This document shows, piece after piece, positions 17,948 through 28,399 of a stretch of 64,000 bases of DNA (position 1 is its first letter; every line of letters starts with the position of its first letter). Source of the stretch: Candidatus Marinacidobacterales bacterium (lineage in GTDB: Bacteria; Acidobacteriota; Vicinamibacteria; Marinacidobacterales; DATDRI01); contig OZ245365.1 of NCBI GenBank assembly GCA_965226495.1, positions 2,976,001-3,040,000 on the forward strand, read 5' to 3'. The notes under the pieces were generated by a model that was not told the origin of the DNA, did not search any database, and saw only the letters and a list, made by a program, of their open reading frames with translations. A program made the position numbers and the translations under genes.

Positions 17948-19087
17948 CTACCTCGTTTGATTCACATAGGTATCGAAGCAACGATGCAAGTCGCTCGCCG
18001 CCGCCTCGACCTCCTCGAACCGCATCCGTGGCCAATCGTATCGCAAAAACTCGCGCAGTATACCCGCCGTTTTGTCGGTGAAGACAACCGTTCCATCCTC
18101 TTCAATCGATTCGATGCCGTCCCATCGATGAGACGCGCGATTCACCTCTACCGCATCCTCCTTTTGCCAGGTAGGCGGGAGATCCAAGCGCACCGTTCGG
18201 TCCTGTACAACCACCGGGTAGCCACCCGGCAAGCCCGCAGGGGCGGGAAGGTGCATGCTGGTCGTTTTCTCGGACGGCTCCAGAAAAGCGCGAATGGCGG
18301 AGATGAAGGTGCCAACGGTCAGAAACTGGAACTCCAATCCGGCCGGCAATCGGTACTCCCCCAGCAAGATCGACCGCAGATCCGAATCAGACATGACACT
18401 CCCACCATTCACTTCCGCCGCCACGAGGAACGGTGGGGGCTCGCCACCGTTCTGCGATCGAGTAAACACGTAGGGCTGGAGGGCGTGATGCGCGGCTAGC
18501 CATACCCGCACGTTGGTTGCTTCCACCGACAAACGATCGGCAATCAAACACTGGAGCTTAGGAACAAGCTCGCATACGTTCCCGACACCGCCCGTCGGCG
18601 CCAGTCCTTGCGTCGCCAGGATCGGATTGACGACGTCCGGGTAGGGAGCCGAGAGGATCGGCGTGCCCAACTCCGATTGTTTCCAGGCTTTCATGAACCG
18701 GATCATCGGTAGCAACTGGAACGGAAGCCACGCACCGAACCCCGCCGGTCGAAGTGGGTCGGCCAAGCGTGCCTCGACCTCATCCAGGACCCACCAGGAT
18801 TGAATGCTGGGGGCCGCCAGCGTCACGTCGGGTCGAAGCGTGGCGAGGGTTTCCGCGGACGCCGCGACATCGTTCAGATCGAACTCAACCACTCGAAGAG
18901 TCGGGAAGAAGCCTTCGGCGGCGGCTCCCATGCGGGCAAGGTGGACGCCGGGCATGGCGCGCTCGGGATTGCGCGTGGCGACGATGATCTCTGCGATTCG
19001 CCGCCGGCGAGCCAGGATCTGAAGGACTAGGCTGTTCAGCTTTCCGAGACTGACCAATAGGATACGGCTTGTCCGAGCGCTGGGCAC
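17948..19087 (-). CDS. Uncharacterised Rossmann-fold-like protein (saccharopine dehydrogenase-like N-terminus)
   Basis: ILLVSLGKL...IIVATRN N-terminus, PYPDVVNPIL, PAGLPGGYPV; sits tightly between ampG and the aminotransferase. Confidence 0.55.
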   Translation of the reverse strand: MPSARTSRILLVSLGKLNSLVLQILARRRRIAEIIVATRNPERAMPGVHLARMGAAAEGFFPTLRVVEFDLNDVAASAETLATLRPDVTLAAPSIQSWWVLDEVEARLADPLRPAGFGAWLPFQLLPMIRFMKAWKQSELGTPILSAPYPDVVNPILATQGLAPTGGVGNVCELVPKLQCLIADRLSVEATNVRVWLAAHHALQPYVFTRSQNGGEPPPFLVAAEVNGGSVMSDSDLRSILLGEYRLPAGLEFQFLTVGTFISAIRAFLEPSEKTTSMHLPAPAGLPGGYPVVVQDRTVRLDLPPTWQKEDAVEVNRASHRWDGIESIEEDGTVVFTDKTAGILREFLRYDWPRMRFEEVEAAASDLHRCFDTYVNQTR

Positions 19088-19089
19088 GT

Positions 19090-20676
19090 CTAGCTCAAGT
19101 TGACTTTAGCCTCGGCAAAAAGCGCACCTGCACCGCGCCGCGCCGCGAACACCGCCGCGGTAAGGAGCGCGCAGGCCAGACCGAAGAGCGCGATGCCCAA
19201 CAGTTGGAGCCAACCGGCCATGCCCGACGGCTGCAATAGTGCTGCAAGCGGCGTCATAATGTCGAAAGACAACGCCTCTGCCCTCATAGTCTTGAGCGCA
19301 GCGAGGGCCACCACCACTAGGCTGGCACTTACCGCTCCGGCGATACCCCCTAGCATCCCTCTGAACGAGAGCTGTTTGGCAGATAGGGGCTCGAGCTTGG
19401 AAGGCGGTCTCACCTCGAACTTAGGCTCGCGGACGCCGAGAGGGACGAAGCGCGACAGCAACACCAGTCCGGGGATCGAGCAGGGGATCGTAAACAAGAA
19501 GAACATCCTCCAACCCATCGCATCGACGAGAAAACCGCTGATTGGGCCGGCGAGAATGCGCGGAAGGCCGAACAGACTCGTAAAGAGCGCGTATTGGGTC
19601 GCGGAGAAACGCTTCTGCGTCATGCGCAGTAGCAGAACCGAGTAGGCCCCAGTCCCCATGCCGGATGTCAGCAGCTCGAAACCGGTCGCTCCGTACATGA
19701 GTGGGCGACTGAACTCGCTCCCCGCCAGGATGAAATAGCCGATGTTCGAGAACGCCTGAAGAAGTCCGAAGGCCCACAGCGAAGGGCCCAGACCGATCAC
19801 CGTGGTCACCGCACCACCGAAGAATGCGCCCACTATCGTAGCGACGGCTCCCACTGAAGCGAGCGCCACGCCGCGATCGAAAGCGTTGTACCCCATATCG
19901 ATCAAAAACGGTCGGGTCAGAGACTGAGCCAACTGGTCGGCGAATTTGTAAAAGAAAACGAATGCGAGGATCTCGAGCGCGCGGTGGCGGCTCAGAAATC
20001 CCAGGAAGGGTAACCAGACTGCGTCGCGGAGCGTTCGCGGGGCAACCAATTTCTCCTCGGGCTCCGGGGCTTTCCACGTGATGACGAGCATCGGCAGGTA
20101 GGCCAACGCCAGACCGATGTTGACGAGCGACCAGGAGTAGGCCGCCGCCAGCGTGATGCTCAGACCGCCGGCAAAGAACATGGCGGCCCGGTAGACAGCG
20201 ATGCGGGCGCCCACCGCCACACCCTGCTCGGCCGGACGGAGGACATCCACCGCGTAGGCATCGATGGCGATGTCTTGGCTCGCTGACGCGAAAGCGATGG
20301 CCAATGCCAGAGCACCCACCACCCAAACCGAGTTCGGGTGATCGCCCACCCCGGCGAGCATCAATGTCGACACGAACAGGGCGACCTGGGCGATAGCCGT
20401 CCATCCGCGACGGCGACCGAGGAACGGGGGGACGTACCGATCCATGAAGGGCGACCAGAGAAACTTGAAGGTCCAGGGTGCTTGCGCCAGGGTGATGATG
20501 CCCACGACACGGATGTCGACGCCGATATCTCGCATCCAATCGGGGATGGCGTACCATACGAGGCCAAGGGGCATCCCGGAAGAGAAAGAGAGAAGGGAAA
20601 CGAAAAGCGTGCGTCGCGACTTTGCGGCCGCGATCAGACTGTCCCAGGTTTTAAGTCGGCGCCGGTTTTCGCTCAC
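19090..20676 (-). CDS. ampG: AmpG family muropeptide MFS transporter
   Basis: FSSGMP, KFLWSPFMDR, GRRRGW, SASQDIAIDAY, SATQYAL. Start at GTG 20676. Confidence 0.88.
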   Translation of the reverse strand: MSENRRRLKTWDSLIAAAKSRRTLFVSLLSFSSGMPLGLVWYAIPDWMRDIGVDIRVVGIITLAQAPWTFKFLWSPFMDRYVPPFLGRRRGWTAIAQVALFVSTLMLAGVGDHPNSVWVVGALALAIAFASASQDIAIDAYAVDVLRPAEQGVAVGARIAVYRAAMFFAGGLSITLAAAYSWSLVNIGLALAYLPMLVITWKAPEPEEKLVAPRTLRDAVWLPFLGFLSRHRALEILAFVFFYKFADQLAQSLTRPFLIDMGYNAFDRGVALASVGAVATIVGAFFGGAVTTVIGLGPSLWAFGLLQAFSNIGYFILAGSEFSRPLMYGATGFELLTSGMGTGAYSVLLLRMTQKRFSATQYALFTSLFGLPRILAGPISGFLVDAMGWRMFFLFTIPCSIPGLVLLSRFVPLGVREPKFEVRPPSKLEPLSAKQLSFRGMLGGIAGAVSASLVVVALAALKTMRAEALSFDIMTPLAALLQPSGMAGWLQLLGIALFGLACALLTAAVFAARRGAGALFAEAKVNLS

Positions 20677-20683
20677 TAGGGAT

Positions 20684-22354
20684 TCAACTCCGGGACCGGT
20701 AGATTTCTTCAACTTGGTCGAGCTCGGACAACTTCCTGGAGTCATCCCAATTCAACTCGCCGGCCATGATGGTGGCACACGATTTCAAACACTCGTCCCC
20801 CGGGTGCCCGGCCGAGCCAAGCTCCGTGCGCCGGAGTACGACGCTCGCGAGGTCCATAGCCTGCTCCTCCCGGATCGCATGAATCACTTCCGCTCTCAAC
20901 ACGGTCGCGCCTTCCTTCACGGGCTGGGCGCATGCGGGATCTTCATCGATGTACGCCAGAATTCGTCGGCATTCTGAGCCATAGGTGTAAACGAGGTGAC
21001 GCACGATGTCATCGTTTAGACCATGAGGTTTTCGCTTCGTCTCATGAGCCAGGAAATCCGAGAAACTCTCAACCGCCCCTCCGTAAACGGGAGTGCTGGA
21101 GGTGCGGGATGAGGGAGCCTTCCTTCCAAGCATGTGGAAGACATGTGTGACCGCCTTTTCCGCCACGTCACGCGCCGTGGTGTACTTGACGCCCACCATA
21201 CTAACGAGTCCTTCCAAACCCTCTCGGCGGTGATCGTGAATCCGATATTGTTTGACCAGATTGACTGGCGCGACGCCGTTGCTGTTGTCTTTGTTGTTCT
21301 TGTTGTCTTTGTTGTCCGGGGGCACCATCGGGAGGAGCCCGCGGTGCACGAGACGCACGTCCTCGCGACGAAGTTGGGCGGCTGGATAGCCACTATTGAC
21401 TTCGTCCAAGAGCTCTTGGACGTCCTCTTCCTTTGCCTCGAAGTCGTCGGGATCCCCGTCATAGACGGCGTGCCTCGTGCCGACCATCGAAAAGCCGCGC
21501 CAAGGAATGACGAATAGAATCTGTTTGCGCTTGCTGGTCACCCCCACCGCGACATCTTTTACGATGGGTCGGGTGACGAGGTTCATCGCCTTCGAGAAAT
21601 AGAAAAAGCGGGGTCGACTCGTGCCCTCCAAACCATCGAGCATGCGATCCACCCAGGGACCCGCGGCGTTCAGGACGACGCGTCCTTGGATCTCGAGCTC
21701 CGTTTGCCCGATACGATCTTTTGCCGTGATTCCGCGCACTCGGTTTCCATCGCGAAGGAAGCCCGTCGCTTCGACGTAATTAGCAACGCGTGCGCCGGCC
21801 TCGTCGGCCGAAAGGACAAACGATAGTGTCAAACGGTCGGAGTTATGAATCTGCGCGTCATACCAGAGTGCCGCTCCGGTCAAGCCCCGTTCCTCGACAC
21901 CGGGCACCAATCGACGGCACTCGGCGCGTGAAACGGTCCTGCCCGGAGGAAGGAATTTCCCGGGATCGAGATTCCGGTTCCGATCGAAGCTCACCACGTC
22001 ATTCAAGAAGAGGGCGGCTGACAGAATGGAACGACGACGAATCCCCTTGCGGTAGGTCGGCAGAAGAAACGGGAGCGGATGGACGAGGTGTGGGGCTATC
22101 CGCATGAGGGTGCGCCGCTCCCGGACCGACTCGCGCATGCGGGGCAGATCGGCGTGTTGAAGATAGCGGAGGCCGCCGTGAACCGTCTTTAGGTTGTTGA
22201 AGGAAGTGGCCCCGCCGAAATCCCCTTTATCCACCAGGGCAACCGAGAGCCCCCGGAGAGCAGCATCCCATGCCGCGGCCGCTCCGTAGACACCGGCCCC
22301 GACGATGACTAGATCGAACTCCTGGTTTTCGAGAGAGGAGAGGTCTCGCTGCAT
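20684..22354 (-). CDS. FAD-dependent glycerol-3-phosphate dehydrogenase/oxidase family protein
   Basis: GAGVYG FAD motif, DFGGATS, HGGLRYL, NAAGPW, KYTTAR. Confidence 0.88.
   Translation of the reverse strand: MQRDLSSLENQEFDLVIVGAGVYGAAAAWDAALRGLSVALVDKGDFGGATSFNNLKTVHGGLRYLQHADLPRMRESVRERRTLMRIAPHLVHPLPFLLPTYRKGIRRRSILSAALFLNDVVSFDRNRNLDPGKFLPPGRTVSRAECRRLVPGVEERGLTGAALWYDAQIHNSDRLTLSFVLSADEAGARVANYVEATGFLRDGNRVRGITAKDRIGQTELEIQGRVVLNAAGPWVDRMLDGLEGTSRPRFFYFSKAMNLVTRPIVKDVAVGVTSKRKQILFVIPWRGFSMVGTRHAVYDGDPDDFEAKEEDVQELLDEVNSGYPAAQLRREDVRLVHRGLLPMVPPDNKDNKNNKDNSNGVAPVNLVKQYRIHDHRREGLEGLVSMVGVKYTTARDVAEKAVTHVFHMLGRKAPSSRTSSTPVYGGAVESFSDFLAHETKRKPHGLNDDIVRHLVYTYGSECRRILAYIDEDPACAQPVKEGATVLRAEVIHAIREEQAMDLASVVLRRTELGSAGHPGDECLKSCATIMAGELNWDDSRKLSELDQVEEIYRSRS
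21284..21316 (-). repeat. In-frame 9-bp tandem repeat encoding DNKDNKNNKDN
   Basis: Minus strand gacaacaaa-gacaacaag-aacaacaaa-gacaac. Confidence 0.75.
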
Positions 22355-22398
22355 TCTGCTAAACAGATACTATAATAAAGTCCACGCTTGGAGGTTGA

Positions 22399-23190
22399 AT
22401 GCCGTCGGAGACCGCCACAACGATCGATCCCGCTTCGCAGCTGGGACGAGTCCAGGAATACTGGAACGAGCGGATCCACGACCTTGAGATGACGTCCCAC
22501 GAGCCCGGGACCCGAGAATTCTTCGCAGATCTCGACGAATATCGATTCGACAAACTACGGTATCTCCCCAAGCTGGTCGATTTTTCCGGCTATAAAGGGA
22601 GGCGTCTACTCGAGGTCGGTTGCGGAATCGGAACGGATTTGGTTCGCTTCGCCAAAGGAGGAGCGCAGGCCGTTGGAGTCGATTTCTCCAGTACTGCCCT
22701 CGATCTTGCCCAGAAGAACGCCGATTGCTCGGAGGCCTCGGTCGAGCTTCATCTTGCCAATGGAGAAGACCTCCCCTTCGATGACGGCTCCTTCGATGTC
22801 GTCTATGGCCACGGTGTCTTGCAGTACACCGCCGATCCCGAAAAGATGGTCGCAGAGTGCCGCAGAGTCTTGGTGCCCGGCGGTCAAGCCATCTTCATGG
22901 TCTACAATCGCATCTCTTGGTTGAACGCGCTCTCCAAGCTGATGAAGGTTCCGCTCGAGCACGAGGACGCGCCGGTACTACGAAAGTTCTCAATTGGGGA
23001 GTTCAAGCAGTTGTTGAGCGGATTCGCCAGCGCCCGCATCGTACCCGAGCGGTTTCCGGTCCGCTCGCGCCTTCATGGAGGATGGAAGGGCTTCGTCTAC
23101 AACAACCTCTTCGTTGGCCCCTTCCAACTCCTGCCACGGCCCTGGGTGCGGCCGCTAGGCTGGCACCTGATGGGTTTTTGTCAACGCTAG
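22399..23190 (+). CDS. Class I SAM-dependent methyltransferase
   Basis: LLEVGCGIG, LPFDDGSFDVV, RVLVPGG. TATAAT at 22371-22376 upstream. Confidence 0.9.
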   Translation: MPSETATTIDPASQLGRVQEYWNERIHDLEMTSHEPGTREFFADLDEYRFDKLRYLPKLVDFSGYKGRRLLEVGCGIGTDLVRFAKGGAQAVGVDFSSTALDLAQKNADCSEASVELHLANGEDLPFDDGSFDVVYGHGVLQYTADPEKMVAECRRVLVPGGQAIFMVYNRISWLNALSKLMKVPLEHEDAPVLRKFSIGEFKQLLSGFASARIVPERFPVRSRLHGGWKGFVYNNLFVGPFQLLPRPWVRPLGWHLMGFCQR

Positions 23191-23201
23191 TCTGTCCGTC
23201 G

Positions 23202-23906
23202 CTATTCCTTCACCTTGAATGACGGTCCGCTCTTGATGGCGAAGGTTTGCCCGTCGAAACTCGCCTCGACCGAGTGATCCTGCTTGTAGGTTACGTCGTC
23301 ACCCCTGACCGAGAACCAGCGGCCGGCAGTGAGACGAACCGAGTCCCCATCTCGAACGAACGTACCCGATCCGGCGATCGCCTCGCCTTCCGGTGTGGCG
23401 ACAAAGATGAAATGGCCGTCGGTCAGAGCCAGATATCCACGGTCGAGATTCACGATTTGAGCGGACCCATCATCTACCCTCTTGAACTTCTGGATGGTGC
23501 TCGTGCCGAACGTGACGGTAAGCTCGTCGCCGGCTCGCTCAACAACCAAATCGTGCTGCCCCTCCCGATTTTCGGCCAGCGGCTTCTCCGCATTGGGGAA
23601 CACTACCAGACCCAAGTCGGCAAAAAGCTTGAGAGCATCCCCGTCTACCTGATAGGAGCCGGCGTGCGCTTGCCCCACTTGCTCCTCGAGTGGCCCCGCT
23701 CCACCGATCGCCTGTTGGACGAAATAGCCGTCCTGAAAAAGGAAGAAACCTACGATGGGCGTTTGATCCTGCCCCCCGGATTGAATCGTCGTATAAGCCC
23801 AAAGACCTTGTACCATCTCTTCGACCGACTCCTCTGATTCATGTGCCACCGTACTCGCCGAGGCCAGCAGCGCCGCGAGCACTACCGTGAGACGCAATCG
23901 TTTCAT
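23202..23906 (-). CDS. Secreted protein with lipocalin-like beta-barrel repeat(s)
   Basis: Signal peptide; VQGLWAY, GFFLFQDGYF, AHAGSYQVDG. Confidence 0.6.
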   Translation of the reverse strand: MKRLRLTVVLAALLASASTVAHESEESVEEMVQGLWAYTTIQSGGQDQTPIVGFFLFQDGYFVQQAIGGAGPLEEQVGQAHAGSYQVDGDALKLFADLGLVVFPNAEKPLAENREGQHDLVVERAGDELTVTFGTSTIQKFKRVDDGSAQIVNLDRGYLALTDGHFIFVATPEGEAIAGSGTFVRDGDSVRLTAGRWFSVRGDDVTYKQDHSVEASFDGQTFAIKSGPSFKVKE

Positions 23907-24022
23907 TAGGCCTCTCCTTTCGCTGCTTTCAGCGCGGACCTTAACAGCGACGCTCGGTCGGTGTCAATCCCCTTTTAAATTGCTCGGTTCGGCTATAATA
24001 TGCCCCTCGAAGAGGAGGTGTC

Positions 24023-24436
24023 ATGAAGAAGTTGGTGCTCATCGCTGTTCTCGTTTTATTCTCCCCAGCCTTGGAAGCCTCGGAAAATAGGCTCGTCGGC
24101 GCCTGGGACACGCATTCCTATGTCATCGAAGGCAAGAGCCATGCGCTGGACGGCATTATCATTTTTACAGAGAACTACTTCGCAGGCACCGCCTACTCCA
24201 GCTTCTCGGGCGGAGAAATGGACGACTCCAACGCTAACGCTGGAACCTACACCATCGAGGGAAACAACGTCACTTTCCAGCAACAGGTGCAGATCCACAT
24301 CCGCCCCGGCGACGAGAAGGAACCTATCTTCTACGGGAAGGATGTTCCGGAGGCGGCGACCTTCGAAATCGACGGAGACGACCTAACCATCTATTTCCCG
24401 TCAGGCACTAAATACCTCGCCAAACGCCTGGAATAG
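24023..24436 (+). CDS. Secreted lipocalin-like domain protein
   Basis: Signal peptide; LVGAW, GIIIFTENYF, ANAGTYTIEG; GAGGAGG RBS and upstream TATAAT. Confidence 0.65.
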   Translation: MKKLVLIAVLVLFSPALEASENRLVGAWDTHSYVIEGKSHALDGIIIFTENYFAGTAYSSFSGGEMDDSNANAGTYTIEGNNVTFQQQVQIHIRPGDEKEPIFYGKDVPEAATFEIDGDDLTIYFPSGTKYLAKRLE

Positions 24437-24498
24437 CGCCGTCTGGCGAGCTTGTTGATGGCACCGTCCTATTTTGACGGCCGAACACCCTGATCTGC

Positions 24499-26324
24499 CT
24501 AATCACTGCCTTCCCTTCCACCTAGCCCGGCTAACGCTTCCCGCGCTTCGTCAATCTCCGCCACGGGTGTATCGGCGTCTCCCCAGAAGGTGAGGAATTG
24601 CTCGTACATCGCCTTGGCCTCGCTATCCCGCCCCATCTGCTCGTACAGTTTTCCGAGCTGGTAGTGGGCCTTGACGTAATGGATGGGTATATCGAGTCGG
24701 GCATCGGTGAGCTCGATGAGGCGGACCAGCTCCTTCTCGGCTTCTTCGTGTCTGCCCGATGCTGCGTAGGCGCGAGCCAGCGTCTCCCTATAGAGGGGAT
24801 GGTCGTAGGATTGAATCGCCAAGGGGAAATTGACGAGCGCGTCGTCCGCCCGCCGGCGCGCCAATAGGATTTCCCCATTGAGATGATAGAAGCGACGGAT
24901 GTGGGGCGCGAACTCTTCCTGCAGCGTGGCATCTCCGATGATCCTCAGCTGGTTCCCGGCCTTGTGCAGTCGGCCTTGCTTGATCTGCAACAGCCCCATC
25001 AAGTGTTGCAGATCGAGATTGAGGTCGCTCACCGAAGGCGCAAGCAGCAACGCCTCCCCGTAGGCTTCCGCCGCGCCGTCCAACTCCCCGATTTCGCTCA
25101 GGAAGTAGCCCACGTACAGGAGTCGGTGCGCTTCGGCCTTTGAATCTCCCCTCTTGGACGCGAGCTCCCGCCCAGCTTTCTTGCTGGCCGTAGCCTCCTT
25201 GAAGCGTCCCTGGTACAAATCGATGAGCGCCAGCTCGTCGTAGGCTTTTTCGCGAGTCTCGGACGCTTGTCGTCGGAGGAGCGGCTCCACCGTACGGCGC
25301 GCTTCGTCGAACTCGCCTTGCAACACCGCAGTTCGCGCCAGCTCGATTCGAACCTCGACACTTTGCTCCTCCAGCCTCGCATTGAAGAAGGCGCGAGCAC
25401 CGTCGAAATCCGCTTTGCGTCTCGATAGAATTCCATCCGCCAGAGCACCACGTGGCTCCGGCAGCCCACCATACGGCACATCGGTCGGGGGCGAGACTCT
25501 CCACCGCTCGCGGCCCTCCTGGACGAAGTCTGCGAGTACTGTGGCGAGGGCGTTCAGATATTCACCACCCGCCTCGGCGGTCGCGGCCCGCGGATCCCCA
25601 AAGACCCCGTTCGGCGTTACGCTCTGAGTCCCCTCTGCGCGTTTGTTCTTGCACCGACACCGTACGCGTCACCCATGAACCCAATCTCAGCCTCGCCCAT
25701 CCGTACAAGATCCGGTCTTGCCGCGAGCACGATGGAAGTCTCCGACCCTCCGGCATGAGAACCGGCAACTTCCAGATCGATGCCCAATCGCTCGCTCGTC
25801 GATGTCAATGCGCCGATGTAGCTGGCCGCATCGGAGAAAGCCATGATGTTGAGGTAAGGATAGAAATTCGAAAGCTCGTGAGCCGCACGTTCGACCGTGC
25901 TGAAGTTTCCACCATGCGTGGGAATGAGGGCAATGTGACGGAACCCGTGCCATGCCAAGCTGTGAACATATTCTCGCAGGAGTGCGACGAGAACCTCGCT
26001 GCGCGCACTGAGAGTGCCGGGGAAATAGAGATGATGCGAAGACGCCCCGATACGGATATTAGGTGCCACCACGGCTCGCCCGATCCGCTTAGCGATCCCA
26101 GGACCGAGAAAGTCGCCGGTAACCGAGTCACTCGCTAAGGCGATCTGAGGGCCATGCTGTTCTGTGGCGCCCACAGTGACGATCACAGTGTCCACACCGC
26201 TATCGATCGCGTCACGAACCTCCACCCAGGTCATTTCCTCGAGCGCGACACCCGCTGTTTGGCCGTACGCAATCGGTGATGACACCGTCAGGATCCCTAT
26301 GGCCAACGCGATAACAAATCTCAT
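24499..26324 (-). pseudogene. Secreted creatininase-family amidohydrolase fused to TPR repeats, frameshifted at ~25637-25641
   Basis: EQHG, HGGN and HAGGSET in ORF 25617-26378. The family C-terminal motif PNGVFGDPRAATAEAG lies in the frame of TPR ORF 24499-25479. Removing one GC from aacGCgcagag joins the two frames. Confidence 0.8.
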
Positions 26325-27194
26325 TTCAAGCCCTCCTCTCCAAGGTTGCCGATGCCGGCGGTTAGAAACGGAATCCACCCGAAATAGCCGATCTGTACCA
26401 GGCTATAACCGCGCGCCCGCCCCAGGTACTCCGGAAGCCAAAACACGAAGAACCACCACGTCGGATCGGCACCCATTCGGGCGAGTATGGCTCCCCATAC
26501 CTTTCTCTGACGTAGGAGCAAACGCCAGGGCGGACGCTCCTGCGAAACGGGCTCGACTTCCTGAAGGATCGTCCCCTTGTCCGCCGTTGTGAGGCGAGGA
26601 TGTTCCCCAGGCGGCCAGTAGATGCTCAGCCAGGCCAAAAGCCAAACGAACCCGAGCGATCCAGTAATTAAGAATGCGGCCCGCCATCCCCATTGCAGGG
26701 TGATGAAGATCACGATCGGCGGAGCGACCATCGCGCCCACGCTGGTGCCCGATCCCCATATGCCGATCGCCGATGCTCGGTCCCGGGCCGGGAACCACTC
26801 CGTAACGGCTCGCGTCATGCAGGCCAACTGCCGGCCTCCCCCATCCCCAAGAGAAACCGGAAGACGGCGAACCCCACCGCACCACGTGCCGTGGCGTGGA
26901 GCATGCCGGCTATGGACCACCAAATAATAGAAAGCGTAAAACCGCGCCGAGTTCCCCACCGATCCATGATCCAACCGGAACCGGCCAGCATGAAGGTGTG
27001 TAGGCAAGCAAGAAGGAAAAAACGATGCGAGAGTAATCGACGTTCGAGAGCCCTAGCTCGTCACGAATGATGGGTGCGTTGACGGAAAGGACCTGCCGAT
27101 CGATGTAGCTGATGACGGTGGCCAGGAACAAGAGCCCCACGGTCACCACCCGGTTGTTGCGGATCTGGGCTCTCGTCCCGCTCATCCCCCCCAT
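26321..27194 (-). pseudogene. ExuT-like MFS transporter pseudogene (two frameshifts, C-terminal half deleted)
   Basis: ISYIDRQ; after a shift GWIMDRWGTRRGF; after a second shift EWFPARDRA...DPTWWF. Paralogous to the intact 47829-49073 but breaks off after GIGNL. Confidence 0.85.
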
Positions 27195-27337
27195 CAGTGA
27201 CCGGCCAACGTATCACCGACTAGCGAGCGATTCCAGCACCTTGCATCCTATGTAGGGAATTCCGCCTCCGATCCTACCGAAGGGAGGTATCCTCCTCCAA
27301 CAACGATGAACGCGCATTGGCTGCTATAGGAGGGGAT

Positions 27338-28399
27338 ATGACCGAGGAATCAGACAAGCGAGAGGCAAACGGACTGAGTCGGCGGGACCTTTTTCGTACA
27401 CTCATCGGAGGAGCGGCAATGGCCGCCATCGAGCCGAGCCCAGCGAAGGCGAGCACACAGCTCGATCAAGGAATGCAGGTTGTGATCACGGGGTCTGGAT
27501 CCGCTCTCGCCGATCCGGAGCGCGGCAACGCCAGCGCCGCCGTCGTTGTCGATGGGACGGTCGTCCAGTTCGACTGCGGCCGCCGGACGATGGACAACTT
27601 GATGCGCGTAGGCATCAACCCGATGGACGTCGACTATCTCTTCTTCACCCATCTGCATTTCGATCACATCGCGACCTACGATTACTTCGTCGTTTCTTCA
27701 TGGATCTCGGGACGGCGTGCTCCTTTCAAGGTCTACGGCCCTCAAGGGACGACCAAAATGTCGAACGGTGCTATCTACAACATGCACGAGATGGATGTGC
27801 GATACGTCAAAGCGCTGGTGAGCAACTGGCCGGAAGCATCCATCGAACCTCCTGTCTCGGAGGCTCCGGTGGAGGTGTTGGACTGCGAGCCCGGCGTGAT
27901 CGTGGAGACCGATCTCTTCAAGGTCACCGCCACCGCCACACCCCACATCGCCTACCCCAACATGAAGAGTCTGGGATATCGGGTGGACTCCCGGCACGGC
28001 TCCGTCGTCATTTCCGGCGACACCGCGCCCTCTCCCAACATGGTGGAGTTGGCTCGGGGAGCCGATGTCCTCGTGCACGAGTGCGTGGTCCCCGATTTCG
28101 GAATGACCGAAGGCGGCAAGTTCAGCGCCGGAGAGTTCCATGATGAGGCGACCATGAATCAGAGAACCGGCCATACCTCCCCGACGGCTCTCGGCAAACT
28201 AGCCCAGGAAGCGCGTGTCAAAAAGCTCATCGCCACTCACCTGCCGCCCTACACCAGTGTCCCAGCCGCGGTGGCGATGTCGGAAAAATACTACGGCCGG
28301 ACGGGACCCGAGATTTGGGCGAAGTTCACCCGCGCTATGAAGACGCACTATTCGGGGCCCGTCATCTTGGCCGAAGACGCGATGGTGATCGAGATCTAG
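27338..28399 (+). CDS. MBL-fold metallohydrolase (RNase Z/AtsA-like), Tat-exported
   Basis: SRRDLF Tat motif; FDCG, THLHFDH, SGDT, HEC, GHT, THL. Confidence 0.88.
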   Translation: MTEESDKREANGLSRRDLFRTLIGGAAMAAIEPSPAKASTQLDQGMQVVITGSGSALADPERGNASAAVVVDGTVVQFDCGRRTMDNLMRVGINPMDVDYLFFTHLHFDHIATYDYFVVSSWISGRRAPFKVYGPQGTTKMSNGAIYNMHEMDVRYVKALVSNWPEASIEPPVSEAPVEVLDCEPGVIVETDLFKVTATATPHIAYPNMKSLGYRVDSRHGSVVISGDTAPSPNMVELARGADVLVHECVVPDFGMTEGGKFSAGEFHDEATMNQRTGHTSPTALGKLAQEARVKKLIATHLPPYTSVPAAVAMSEKYYGRTGPEIWAKFTRAMKTHYSGPVILAEDAMVIEI

